Assembly (NCBI RefSeq): GCF_018350175.1
Contig: NC_058368.1
Coordinates: forward strand, 92,692,001 to 92,756,000
From: Felis catus
Taxonomy: Eukaryota
Direction: 5' to 3'
DNA: 64,000 bases
Of this stretch, positions 11,918 to 23,849 are shown one piece after another. The notes under the pieces were generated by a model, which was given only the letters and a program-made list of their open reading frames with translations, made no database searches and was not told the DNA's origin. The number at the start of each line of letters is the position of its first letter. The first letter of the stretch is position 1. Position numbers and translations under genes: made by a program.

Positions 11918-13987
11918 CTTTTTCTTTATTAGTTAATTTAATTTAATTTTTAAAATTTCTATCCAAGTTAGTTAGCATATAGTGCAACAATGATTTCAGG
12001 AGTAAATTCCTTAATTCCCCATACCCATTTAGGCCATCCCCCTCTCCCACAATCCCTCTAATAACCCTCTGTTTGTTCTCCATATTTGAGAGCCTCTTAT
12101 GTTTTGTCCCCCTCCCTGTTTTTATATTATTTTTGCTTCCCTTCCCTGGTGTTCATCTGTTCTGTGTCTTAAAGTCCTCCTATGAGTGAAGTCATAGGAT
12201 ATTTGTCTTTATCTGACTGACTAATATCACTTAGCATAATACCCTCTAGTTCCATCCACGTAGTTGTAAATGGCAAGATTTCATTCTTTTTGATTTCTGA
12301 GTAATACTCCATTGTATATATATACCACATCTTCTTTATCCATTCGTCTTTGAATGGACATTTGGGCTCTTTCCATACTTTGGCTATTGTTGATAGTGCT
12401 GCTCTAAACATGGGGGTGCATGTATCCCTTCAAAACAGCACACCTTTATCCCTTGGATAAATGCCTAGTAGTGCAAGTGCTGGGTCATAGGGTAGTTCTA
12501 TTTTTAATTTTCTGAGTAACCTCCATACTGTTTTCCAGAGTGGCTGCACCAGTTTGCATTCCCACCAGCAGTGCAAAAGAGATCCTCTTTCTCTGCATCC
12601 TTGCTAACATCTGTTGTTGCTTGCGTTGTTAATCATTCTGACAGTTGTGAGGTGGTATGTCATTGTGGTTTTGATTTGTGTTTCTTTGATGATGAGTGAT
12701 GTGGAGCATTTTTTCATGTGTCAGTTGGCCATCTGGATGTCTTCTTTGGAGAAGTGTCTATTCATGTCTTTTGCCCATTTCTTCACTGGATTGTTTGTTT
12801 TTTTGGGTGTTGAGTTTGATGAGTTCTTTATAGATCTTGGATACTAACCCTTTATCTGATATGTTGTTTGCAAATATCTTCTCCCATCCTCTTGCCTTTT
12901 TGTTTTGCTGATTGTTTTCTTCATGGTACAGAACGTCTTTATTTTGATGAGGTCCCAGTAGTTCATTTTTGCTTTTGTTTCCCTTGCCTTTGGAGACATG
13001 TTGAGTAAGAAGTTGCTGTGGCCAAGATCGAAGAGATTTTTGCCTGCTTTCTCTTCCTGTCTTACATTTAGGCCTTTCATCCATTTTGAGTTTATTTTTG
13101 TGTATGGTGTAAGAAAGTGGTCCAGGTTCATTCTTCTTCATGTTGTTCTCTAGTTTTCCCAGCACCACTTGCTGAAGAGACTGTCTTTATTCCATTGGAT
13201 GTTCTTTCCTGCTTTGTCAAAGATTAGTTGGCCGTATGTTATGGGTCCATTTCTGGGTTCTCTATTCTGTTCCATTGATCTGAGTGTCTGTTTTTGTGCC
13301 AGTACCATACTGTCTTGATGATTACAGCTTTGCAATACAGGTTGAAGTCTGGGATTGTGATGCCTCCTGCTTTGGTTTTCTTTTTCAAGATTTCTTTGGC
13401 TATTTGGGGTCTTTTCTGGTTCCATACAAATTTTAGAGTTGTTTGTTATAGATCTGTGAAGAATGCTGGTGTTATTTTGATGGGTATTGCATTCAAAATG
13501 TAGATTGCTTTGGGTAGTATTGACATTTTAACAATATTTATTCTTCCTATCCAGGAACATGGAATCTTTTCCCATTTTTTTTGTGTCTTCTTCAGTTTCT
13601 TTCATGAACTTTCTATACTTTTCAGTGTATAGATTTTTCACCTCTTTGGTTAGATTTACTCCTAGGTATTTTATGGTTTTTGGTGCAATTATAAATGGTA
13701 TTGATTGCTTGATTTCTCTTTCTGTTGCTTCATCGTTGGTGTGTAGGAATGCAACCTATTTCTGTGCATTGGTTTTATATCCTGCAACTTTGCTGAATGC
13801 ATGAATCCATTCTAGCAGTTTTTTGGTGGAGTCTTTTGGGTTTTCCATATAGAGTATCATGTCATCTGTGAAGAGTGTAAGTTTGACTTCCTCCTGGCTG
13901 ATTTGGATGCCTTTTATTTCTTTGTGTTGTGTGATGGCTGAGGCTAAGACTTCCAATACTATGTTGAATAATAGTGGTGAGAGTGAA
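11918..13987 (-). mobile_element. 5'-truncated LINE-1 (about 2.1 kb), frameshifted ORF2 3' half
   Basis: Minus-strand ORFs: [42 protein letters not shown] (RT F/YADD region), [51 protein letters not shown]. Confidence 0.97.
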
Positions 13988-13988
13988 T

Positions 13989-14066
13989 TGTCCGACTATT
14001 GATCTCAGGGTTGTGAGTTCAAGCCCTGCATTGGGTTCTGCACTGGGCAAGAAGCCTACTTAAAAA
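13989..14066 (+). mobile_element. Short-type Can-SINE (right half)
   Basis: GTCCGACTATTGATCTCAGGGTTGTGAGTTCAAGCCC..GCCTACTTAAAAA; same type as the element at 29099. Confidence 0.8.
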
Positions 14067-14068
14067 GT

Positions 14069-14256
14069 GGGGCGCCTGGGTGACTCAGTCATTTCAGCAT
14101 CTGACTCTTGATTTTGGCTCAGGTCATGATCTCATGGTTTGTGAGTTCAAGTCCTGTGTCGGGCTCCATGCTGACAGTGCAGAGCCTACTTAGGTTTCTC
14201 TCTCTCTGTGTCTGCCCCTCCCCTGCTTAAGCTCTCCCTCTCTCAAAAATAAACAT
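14069..14256 (+). mobile_element. Can-SINE
   Basis: GGGGCGCCTGGGTGACTCAG head, (CT)n, AATAAA. Confidence 0.94.
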
Positions 14257-14454
14257 TTATTTTTTAAAGAAATTCACCTGGGAGTTTCCTTTGCGGTGTG
14301 GAGATTTGTATTAGGACTTGACTTTTATAGCCTAAATTTACTCTTGCCTTACTACCTCCAGCCTGAAACACAGCCAGACTCCTAATAGCCTATGTACAAA
14401 CCTTTGCAGAGACATCTACTCATTGAACTTCTGGGTCAGGTCAAGGACACTCTA

Positions 14455-14640
14455 TTTTTTTTAAAGTTTATTTTGAGAATGAGTAAACATGAATGGGTGA
14501 GGGGCAGAGAGAGAGAAAGAGAGAATCCAGGCTGACAGTGCAGAGCCTGGCTTGGGGCTCAATCTCAGGAACCGTGAGAGCATGACCTGAGCCAGAACCA
14601 AGAGTCAGATGCTTAACCAGCTGAGACAGGTAGGCACCCC
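14455..14640 (-). mobile_element. Can-SINE
   Basis: Core motifs; TSD TCAAGG(A/G)CACTCT. Confidence 0.92.
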
Positions 14641-14904
14641 TCAAGGGCACTCTCTATTAAATGAAGTTTATTTCTATCTCAAAGTTGAGGGGTAAAAGTA
14701 TTTTAAGGATTTGTGGATTTCAGACAGTTTCCCAGAATTTTAAATTTATTCTGATAAAAACTTTGAAACCAGCCCTTCAAAAACATAACAAGCAGTGAAT
14801 ATAATACACCGCTGTTACCCTTGATTAAATACAAATAAGTTACTCTGCTAGTGAGATATAATACATATTCAGAATCAATTTAACCCCTTTCTTAATTTAG
14901 CGGA

Positions 14905-15230
14905 CCGCAGAATGGAAATGGCGCTGGGCTTTGGAGTAGGACAAACGTAGGCTCAGATTTTAGTCTTTGTCCTTTCTGGCTCTGTAAACCTCAGCAAGTA
15001 ACTGACTCTGTCCAATGCTCAGCCACATTAGGTATACAATAGGTGTAACAGTAGTGAGCATGTAGATTCATTTGGATACTAGTTGTTCTTGTTTCATTCA
15101 GTCTGTGATGACTTAGAACTTAGATCGTATACTTCATGAGGACAAATGCTGTGTTCGGTTTTGCTTACTTCATTCCTTGGCACATAGTAGGCTGACAGTA
15201 AGTAGTTATTGCAGGGAGGGAGGGAAGCAA
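14905..15230 (+). mobile_element. MIR fragment followed by L2 3' fragment
   Basis: CTGGGCTTTGGAGTAGGACA..AACCTCAGCAAGTAACTGACTCT; CCTTGGCACATAGTAGGCTGACAGTAAGTAGTTATTG. Confidence 0.6.
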
Positions 15231-16025
15231 GGAAGGGAGGAAGGAGGGATCATCTTAAAGATGACCTACTGAAGTAGTTCCCAGACGTTTCTTGCTGTAA
15301 CCATAAGGTCTAAGAGGAAAATCAATGAGCAATAGCTGTTTAATGAGAAAGACACACAGGTACAGGGTGGAGGGGTGGAGGGGTGAAGGGGTGGGGAGGT
15401 TGAGAAATGAATATATAACCTAGGTTGTCCCAATGCATTCTGCCCTCTCTGAAGTATACCTACATTTCAGTAGGGTCACTCTTTGCTCTCCTGAGTTTCA
15501 TTCATACTTTGGAATTTATCTATTTTGTGAAGAGAAGACCTAGAAGGAAGGAGCCCCAGTGGATTCACATTCAGTTGCTGTTATTTGCAGGCAGGAAGAG
15601 GTGGTCTGTCTGCCACTGGGAGTATCTTTCCTAAAGACCTGGGTCTGGGGGTATCTGTGTGGGAAGGTTTTTATTTATTCAATCTTATTGAATAACTGAA
15701 TACAGTTTCTTTAATAGACATGAAACTGTGTGGATTCTCAGTTTCTTTTGTGCATGTTTTGAGTCTTTCATGCAATTTGCTCATTTCATCTATTTTGACA
15801 AGTTTATTCATATGACATTATTTGTAATGCAGTCCCTTATTGTCTGTATCATTCTGTAGGATCCATAGTGGTGTCTCCTGTTTTGTTTTTGGTCAGTCTA
15901 TGTAGAGGTTTATCTTTTCAAAAAACAATTTTTGATTTCATTGACTTTTTTCAATATTTCCTTGATTTTTGCTTATATCTTTATTATACTTTCTAATTAA
16001 TTTGTGTTTAATTAGGCCTTCCAGC

Positions 16026-16119
16026 TTTAAAAAAATTTTTTTAAGTTTATTTTGAGAGAGAGCAAATGAACAGAGGAGGGGCAGAAAGAGGGGGGTGGAG
16101 AGAGGGAGAGGGAGAGGGA

Positions 16120-16155
<36 letters not shown>

Positions 16156-16281
16156 CTCAAGCAGGCTTGCCACTGTCAGCACAGAGCCTGATGTGGAGCT
16201 TGAACTCATGAACTGTGAGATCATCACCTGAGCCAGAACCAAGAGTCAGATGCTCAGCCAACTGAACCACCCAGGTGCCCC
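16026..16281 (-). mobile_element. Can-SINE
   Basis: Core motifs; TSD-like CCTTCCA(G/A)CTT. Confidence 0.93.
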
Positions 16282-17419
16282 AGCCCTTCCAACTTCTTAA
16301 GAAAGAAGCTTAGATAATTGATTTTAGATGATTTTTTTCTTTCTTGAATAAGGATTTAAAGCTATAAATTTCCCTCTGAGTACTGCTTTGGTTGAATTTT
16401 GCAAATTTTGCAATTTGTGTTTTAATTTTCCTTCAGTTAAGAATATTTTTTAATTTCTCTTATTTCCTTGGTGACTCATTTTTGAAAGTGTTTTTTTTAA
16501 ATTAATAGACTAGTTTTAGAACAATTTTAGGTTTACAGACAATTGAACAGGTAGTACAGAGTTCTTGATACCCCCTCTCTCCCTTGCTCACTGTTTCCTC
16601 TTTTATTAACATGTTGTATTATCGTGTGGTACAGTTGATGAACTGATATTGATGCATTAATATTAACTAAAGTCTATAGTTTCCATTAGGGTTCACTGTT
16701 TTGTATAGTTTTGTGGGTTTTGGCAAATGTATAATGTGGTATATCCACCGTGATAGTATCATACAGAATAGTTTCATTGCCCTAAAAATCCCGGATGCTC
16801 TGTTCACCACCCTCTCCCCATCTCAACCCCTGCCAATCACTGATCTTGCCTTCTTTCCATAGTTTTGCCTTTCCTGGATGTTAGAATCATATAACATGTT
16901 GATTTTTCAGACTGGCTTCTTTCTTTTAGTAATTAACATTTAAGATTCCTCCTTATTTTCTTATGGCTTGATAGCACATTTCTTCTTTTGCTTTATAATA
17001 TTGCATTGTTATGTACCAGTCTGTTTATCCATTCACCTTTCAAAAGATGTCTTGGTTTTTTCCTTTTTTTTTTAGTCATGAATAAAACTACTATAAATAT
17101 TTCCTGGGAAGGTTTTTGTGTGGATGAATGTTTTCTGATCTGCTGGGTAAATATCCAAAAGTGTGACTGTTGGATCATACAGTAAGACTATGCTTAGTTT
17201 TGAAAAAATTGCTAATGTGTCTGTACCATTTTGCCTTCTCACCAGCTATGAGGATTCTCCTTGCTCTACATCCTTGTCAGCATTTGATGTTGTCAGTTTT
17301 TTATTTTAACCATTTCAGTAGGTATGGTGTGTTATCTCATTGCTGCTTTAATTCGCTGTTCCCTAATAGCATGTGATTGGGACCTCCATTTCATATCTTG
17401 TTTGCCATCTGTATATCCT

Positions 17420-17629
17420 CTTTTTCAAAAACTTTTTCTTTTCATGTATGTATATTTTTGATGGGGAGGGGGCAGAGACAATGAGTGGGGGAGGGGCAGA
17501 GAGAGGGAGACACAGAATCCGAAGTAGGCTCTAGGCTCTGAGCTGTCAGCACACGGGGCTTGAACTCACATGAGATCATGACCTGAGCTGAAGTTGGATG
17601 TTTAACCGACTGAGCCCCCCAGGCATGCC
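17420..17629 (-). mobile_element. Can-SINE
   Basis: TSD TGCCATCTGT(A/G)TATCCTCTTT. Confidence 0.93.
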
Positions 17630-18604
17630 TGCCATCTGTGTATCCTCTTTGCTGAGATACTCATTCAGATCTTCTGTCCATTTTTTAATTGTTTTTTTTC
17701 CTCTAATCATTGAGTTTTCTAAGTGTTTATATATTTTAGGTACAGATCCTTTATCAGATATATGTTTTTCAAATATTTTCTCCTTGTCAGTACTTTGTCT
17801 TTTTATTCTCTTGACAGTGTCATTCACAGAGTAGAAAATTATAACCTTAATGATGTCCTACTTAACATTTTTTTCCTATCATGCATCAAACTTAGGGTGT
17901 TTATCTAAAAGTCACCAAACCCAAGCTCATCTAGGTTTTCTCTTATGTTATCTTTTATGAACATTATAATTTTGTATTTCACATATAGTTTTATGATCCA
18001 TTTTGCATTCATTTTTATGAAAGGTATAAAGTCTGTGTCTAGATTATTTGTTTTTGCATGTGGATTTCCAGTTGTTCTGGTGCCATTTGTTAAAGACTGT
18101 TCCTTATTGACTTGCTTTTGCTTCTTTGCCAACAGTTAGTTGACTTTGGATCTGCTTCTGGGCTCTCTCTTTTGTTCCAGTCATAAATGTGTCTATTCTT
18201 TAGCCAATACCATTCTGTCCTGAGCATGGTAGCTTTATAGTAAGACTTGAAGTTGGGTTATGTCTCTTCTTCAACTTTGTTCTATTTCTATGGTATTGTG
18301 TTGGCTATTTTTTGGTCTTTTGCCTTTCCATGGAGATTTTAGAATCAGTTTGTTGATTTTCACAAAATAGATTGCTGAGATTTTGATTGAAATTGTGTTT
18401 ATAGGTCAAGTGGGAAAGAACTGACATCTTAACAATATTGGTTTTTCTAATCCATGCACACAGACTATCTCTCCATATACTTAGAACTTCATTAATTGCT
18501 ATAATCAGAGTTTGGTAGTTTTCTCCATACAAATCATGGACATATGTTATGAGACTTAAGTTTTTCATTTTTAGGTGCTGTTGTAAATGATAATTTGGTT
18601 TTTA

Positions 18605-19121
18605 TTATTTTTTTATTTTTTATTTTAAATATATGAAATTTATTGTCAAATTGGTTTCCATACAACACCCAGTGCTCATCCCAACAGGTGCCCTCCTCAA
18701 TACCCACCCTCCCCTCCCTCCCGCCCCCCATCAGCCCTCAGTTTGCTCTCAGTTTTTAAGAGTCTCTTATGCTTCGGCTCTCTCCCACTCTAACCTCTTT
18801 TTTTTTTCCCCTTCCCCTCCCCCATGGGTTCCTGTTAAGTTTCTCAGGATCCACATAAGAGTGAACACATATGGTATCTGTCTTTCTCTGTATGGCTTAT
18901 TTCACTTAGCATCACACTCTCCAGTTCCATCCACATTGCTACAAAGGGTCATATTTCACTCTTTCTCATTGCCATGTAGTACTCCATTGTGTATATAAAC
19001 CGCAATTTCTTTATCCATTCATCAGTTGATGGACATTTAGGCTCTTTCCACAATTTGGCTATTGTTGAGAGTGCTGCTATGAACATTGGGGTACAAGTGC
19101 CCCTATGCATCAGTACTCCTG
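18605..19121 (-). mobile_element. Young felid L1 3' fragment (about 520 bp)
   Basis: GAAATTTATTGTCAAATTGGTTTCCATACAACACCCAGTGCTCATCCC terminus; perfect 16-bp TSD GATAATTTGGTTTTTA at 18589 and 19122. Confidence 0.95.
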
Positions 19122-19242
19122 GATAATTTGGTTTTTAATTGCAAATTCCAGTTCATCACTGGTGTACAGGAAAACAATTGGCTTTTGTGTATTAACCTTG
19201 TATCCTGAAATTTACTAGAATCTCAGATTTTAAAAAGTGAGT

Positions 19243-19442
19243 TTTAATTTTTTTTAATGTTTATGTATTTTTGAGAGAGACAGAGCTCACAAGCAGGGGA
19301 GGGGCAGAGAGGGAGACACAGAATTCGAAGCAGGTTCCAGGCATCCACACAGAGCCCCAGGTGGGGCTTGAACTCATGAGCTGTGAGATCATGACCTGGA
19401 CCGAAGTTGGCTGCTTAACTGACTGAGCCACCTATGCGCCCC
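19243..19442 (-). mobile_element. Can-SINE
   Basis: TSD TTAAAAAGTGAGTTTTA. Confidence 0.94.
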
Positions 19443-19514
19443 TTAAAAAGTGAGTTTTAGTTAAATTCTGTTGTGTAGGAGAACATACTCTGTGATATTT
19501 CAATCCTTTTAAAT

Positions 19515-19568
19515 TTATTTATTTACTTTTTAAGTTTATTCATTTACTTTGAGAGAGCATGCGTGTGC

Positions 19569-19627
<59 letters not shown>

Positions 19628-19801
19628 AGCAGGGGAGGGGCAGAGAGAGAGGGAGAGAGAATCCCAAGCAGGTTCTGCCCTGTCAGCACAGAGCCTAACA
19701 TGGGTGGGGCTCAACATGAGGCTCAAACCCACCACCCTGGGATCATGATCTCAGCTGAAATCAAGGGTTGGCGCTTAACCAACTGAGCTACCCAGGCACC
19801 C
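19515..19801 (-). mobile_element. Can-SINE with long (GA)n
   Basis: TSD AATCCTTTTAAATTTA; about 25 GA units. Confidence 0.94.
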
Positions 19802-20198
19802 AATAATCCTTTTAAATTTATTGAGGCATGTTTTATAACTCAGAATATGATCAAACTTGGTAAAGGGTCCAAGTGCACTTGGAAATAATTGTATTTTGCA
19901 GGTCTTGAGGTGATTGTTGTGTAAATGTCAATTCGGTCAATTGGTTGATACTTTTTAAGTTACCTTTATTGTACTGAATTGTATCTTTTATTCCATCAAT
20001 TGCTGAAAAAGGATTATGGAAACCTCTGACACTAATTGTTGATTAGCTTGTGCCTTACTGGGACATAATGTGGGTTAAACCACTGTCTTAGATAGTAGGG
20101 CGGTAGAAAATTTTAAGTTTGAGAAACTTAGAATTTTTCAGTTCCTTTACACAGTTCAATTTAAATCAGGGATCTGAGTATGTTACTTGATTAAAATG

Positions 20199-20387
20199 TT
20201 TGGTTTTTTTCCCATTAAAAAGTGTTTGTTTATTTTTGAGAGAGAGAGAGAGTGAGTGTGTGAGTGAGTGGGGGAAGGGCAGAGTAGGGCGACAGAGGAT
20301 CCTAAGCAGGTTTGGCACTGAACAGCAGAGAGGTCGATTAGGGAGATTAACTCAGATGCTTAACTGACTGAGCCAGCCAGGAGCCCC
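20199..20387 (-). mobile_element. Can-SINE, degenerate with deletion
   Basis: TSD TTG(A/G)TTAAAATGT. Confidence 0.85.
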
Positions 20388-20438
20388 ATTGGTTAAAATG
20401 TGTCTAAATACCTTTGTGATGTTAATGGTTTTACAGTA

Positions 20439-20440
<2 letters not shown>

Positions 20441-20490
<50 letters not shown>
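20441..20490. repeat. (TG)n microsatellite
   Basis: About 25 perfect units. Confidence 0.98.
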
Positions 20491-20494
<4 letters not shown>

Positions 20495-20640
20495 AGGGTG
20501 AGGTTGGGGATGAATGGATATTTATTCTCATGGTCGTATCTCAGGAAAAACTGAAGGGCTTCAATCAGTAGATATCCCTTAATTAAATGGGAAAAGCTGA
20601 ATTTTAGAATGTGAACTATCCTGTGCTGTCACTCCTCATA

Positions 20641-20753
20641 TCTTTTCTTTTCTTTTCTTTTCTTTTCTTTTCTTTTCTTTTCTTTTCTTTTCTTTTCTTT
20701 TCTTTTCTTTTCTTTTCTTTTCTCTTTTCTTTTCTTTTCTTTTCTTTCTTTCC

Positions 20754-20833
<80 letters not shown>
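20641..20833. repeat. (CTTTT)n(CTTT)n compound microsatellite derived from a SINE tail
   Basis: About 190 bp pure pyrimidine tract abutting the SINE. Confidence 0.97.
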
Positions 20834-20834
<1 letters not shown>

Positions 20835-21033
20835 ATTTATTTAGTGTTTGTTTTTGAGAGCGAGACAGAGCACAAGCAGGAGAGGGGCAGAGAGAGAGGG
20901 AGACATAGAATCGGAAACAGGCTCTAGGCTCTGAGCTGTCAGCACAGAGCTTGATGTAGAGCTTAAACCCATGAACTGTGAGATCATGACCTGAGTTGAA
21001 GTCAGAGGCTTAACTGAGCTACCCAAGCACCCC
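20834..21033 (-). mobile_element. Can-SINE
   Basis: Core motifs. Confidence 0.93.
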
Positions 21034-21791
21034 TCTTTTCATGTATTTAGAGCAAAAGCAATTCCATAGATTTTTAATAATCAAAAATCAAATGATCTGT
21101 CTTGTACTACAGTGTAAGTCGTTGAGTAAGGACTCAGGAAGATCTTTACTGTTTTACGGTGGTCAAGAAGCCTTAAATGTGAAGGGGGGAAAAATCAGGA
21201 TCTTTTGATTCTCTCAAATTTCTTCTGTGGCACACTCAGCTATCACAGCAGGGAACTAAAATTTCTAGAAGAAGAAAGCACATCAGTACTTTTGCAACCT
21301 AAGGAGAATGAGTTTTATTGCTTTGTAGAGAACAGACATGGATCGTTGTCTCCGTTGTCTCCAATCGGAAGGCTGGCTCACATCCTCAGGGGTGTGTGTG
21401 TCCTACAGGAAAGACCGGATATATAACCATTCCTGTATTTTTGTGTCTGTTGGTAAATTTCCTCTGTGAAGAAAGTCTGTAATTAATCACCTTCGATTTC
21501 AGCCCTCTTTCAGGAGGAGTTCTTCCCTCAGTTACACCTGAACATGTGTTGTGATCCTTCAGACTGCACCTGTCAAGATGTATTGAGAACCAAAAGCTTC
21601 ATCACCAGGCAGGCACAAAAAAATCTAAAACCTGTCTCATCATATTTTTTCTCTTTATTACCATACTCAGTGTATCTTTACAGTTTTTGAATGTAGCTTA
21701 AACTGAACAGAGAATAGAGTTCTATGGTTTGCAAAGTATTTTTCACATCATTTTCACCCTCCTGTTACCATCCTGAGAAAGATACTATAGA

Positions 21792-21999
21792 GGGCGCCTG
21801 GGTGGCTTAGTCAGTTAAGCATCTAACTCTTGGTTTCCTCTCAGGTCCTGATCTCACGGTCCATTAGTTTGAACCCCCCATCAGGCTCTATGCTGATGGT
21901 GTGGAGCCTGCTTGGAATTCTGTTTTCTCCCTCTCTCTCTCTCTCTCTCTGCCCTGCCTGCACTCTCTCTCAAAATAAATAAACTTAAAAAAGAAAAAT
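21792..21999 (+). mobile_element. Can-SINE
   Basis: GGGCGCCTGGGTGGCTTAG head; TSD ATACTATAGAG. Confidence 0.94.
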
Positions 22000-22050
22000 A
22001 CTATAGAGATTGGCTACCTCTATAGTTTTTTCTCCTTAGCACATTTTCCT

Positions 22051-22259
22051 GCTATTAAAAAATTTTTTTTAAATGTTTATTTTTGAGAGAGAGACAGAGT
22101 GCAAGCAGGGGAGGGGCAGAGAGAGAGAGAGGGAGACATAGAATCTGAAGCAGGTTCCAGGCTCTGAGCTGTCAGCACAGAGCTCGATGCAGAGCTTAAA
22201 CCCATGAACTGCGAGATCATGACCTGAGTTGAAGTCAGAGGCTTAACTGACTGAGCCAC
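22051..22259 (-). mobile_element. Can-SINE, slightly 5'-truncated
   Basis: 20-bp direct repeat TCTCCTTAGCACATTTTCCT at 22031 and 22260. Confidence 0.94.
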
Positions 22260-22762
22260 TCTCCTTAGCACATTTTCCTTTTTGCCTTACTCTGATTCCA
22301 GTAACAGCCTCCCAGTTTTCCTTAGGGAAATCTCTGCCCTACTCCCAGGGTTTCCATAAGACTGTTCATCTCGGTTTCCTGGCCACAGAATCTGGGCAGA
22401 CAGAAGAACCACTACCACTTTCATATTCACAGGGACTGGTTAAGAGATTGCGTGTGGTTCTCGTCGGCCCCGAAAGAGCTCTCCCTGGCAATTTCCTCCT
22501 GAAACTGATGCAGAGAAAATAACCTCTTGCCTTTAGGGTTGTGTTACCAGATGGGTATACATTTGGAGCTGCTTTGAACATCCAAGTTGCCTAGAGTCAG
22601 AGAGAATGAGGTACCCTGGTGAGGTGAGCAGAGAGGGAATAAAAAGGTGAGGATTCCTCAACAGCTTGCCTCCTTGGATCCAGCCATATTTGAACGGTGT
22701 TTCATGAGCCAATACCTTCCTTTGCCCTGAAGGTGGTTGAGGATGCGGGGGTGGGTGGAGGG

Positions 22763-23127
22763 GTGTCTTAGTCCATTCAGAAGGCTGTAACTCAGAAGAA
22801 TATTTCTCATGGTTCTGGAGGCTGGAGAACTGAGATCAGGGTGGTGGTGTGGTCAATTTCTGGTGACAACCCCCCCCTCCAGGCTGCTGACTGCTGACTT
22901 CTCATACTCTCCTGAGGCATCTAGCAGAGAGAAGCAGCCAGCTCTGGTGACTCTGATAAGGGCACTAATCCCATCCAGGAGGGCTCCACCCTCATGACCT
23001 CATTTCCTCCAAAATTATCTCCCAAAGGCCCCACCTCCCAGCCACCATCATACTGGGGAGTAGAGTTTCATCATATGAGTTTTGGGCGGGGGGTGGGGGG
23101 GACATATAAACATGCAGTCCATAAAAG
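22763..23127. mobile_element. MaLR solo LTR (MLT1A-like)
   Basis: TGTCTTAGTCCATT..TTTCTCATGGTTCTGGAGGCTGG..TAAGGGCACTAATCCCAT..GGCTCCACCCTCATGACCT..CCCAAAGGCCCCACCTCC. Confidence 0.85.
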
Positions 23128-23849
23128 TGGATTTTCTTTTCACGTGGAATCTAAAGAGTTTTCCCCATGACAGGTATTTTTGGTTCATTTCACAGATGAA
23201 AAACTGAGCTTCTGTGAGGTTAAGGAACCAATCTATATCTATCCGTAGTGGGGGAGACGTGCATAAAGCCTGTTCTCATGACACCTAAGCATTCTGTCTG
23301 CCAGTTACCATGCTGCTCAGGAAGAAACATCTGTGGTGCTATTTTGGGTTGTTTTTTTTTTCTTTCTGTGCCTGACCTAGACCTGACTGTATGAGCTCTT
23401 CTCACACCCTGGCAGATGGATGACAGATGTGTGTGGCTACCTGCCTCTGTTGTGACACCGCTTGTCCTGCTTCCTTGGGACCAGATCCCCAGGCTCCATG
23501 CCTTACTCTCAGAATAGATCATCTATCGAACCACATCTACCAGGACTGAGTCATTTGAAATCTGATTCTGGAGGTCATTGCAATGGACCCAAGCTGACCG
23601 TTTTATCTTAAAATGGGTCTCCTCTATTTCAGAATTTTCCAGAAGACACCCTTGGTGGGCAGGTGAAGGTGGAAGAAAGGACTCTCCCTATTTTTTTCAA
23701 CATGCATTGGTTGCTCACCCCTCCTCCTTCTCCCATGGTGGTGCCTGCCACCCTGAGAACCCAAATGACAGTGAAGGGGACTTAGAATTCAGGAAAGCAT
23801 ACTTCCACATTTGGTGAACAGTAAGAAAAGAAAAGGAACAAGTAATATG

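Larger units (their letters stand above)
16492..19225 (-). mobile_element. L1MC-like element (3' end plus ORF2 part) nested in older L1
   Basis: TTAACTAAAGTCTATAGTT..TAGGGTTCACT 3' end; degenerate ORF2 peptides (KRIKRQSTDKEKIFEKHISDKGSVPKIYK; IWRDSLCAWIRKTNIVKMSVL). Confidence 0.85.
15650..20050 (-). mobile_element. Ancient L1M relic (outer pieces about 15650-16490 and 19228-20050)
   Basis: TTTAAAGCTATAAATTTCCCTCTGAGTACTGCTTT, TTTATTGAGGCATGTTTTATAACTCAGAATATGATC match old L1 ORF2 antisense. Confidence 0.7.

Noticed and set aside
20611..20844. Low-complexity F/S/L and K/E/R ORFs (also 19559, 29138, 47851)
   Set aside because: Microsatellite read-through.
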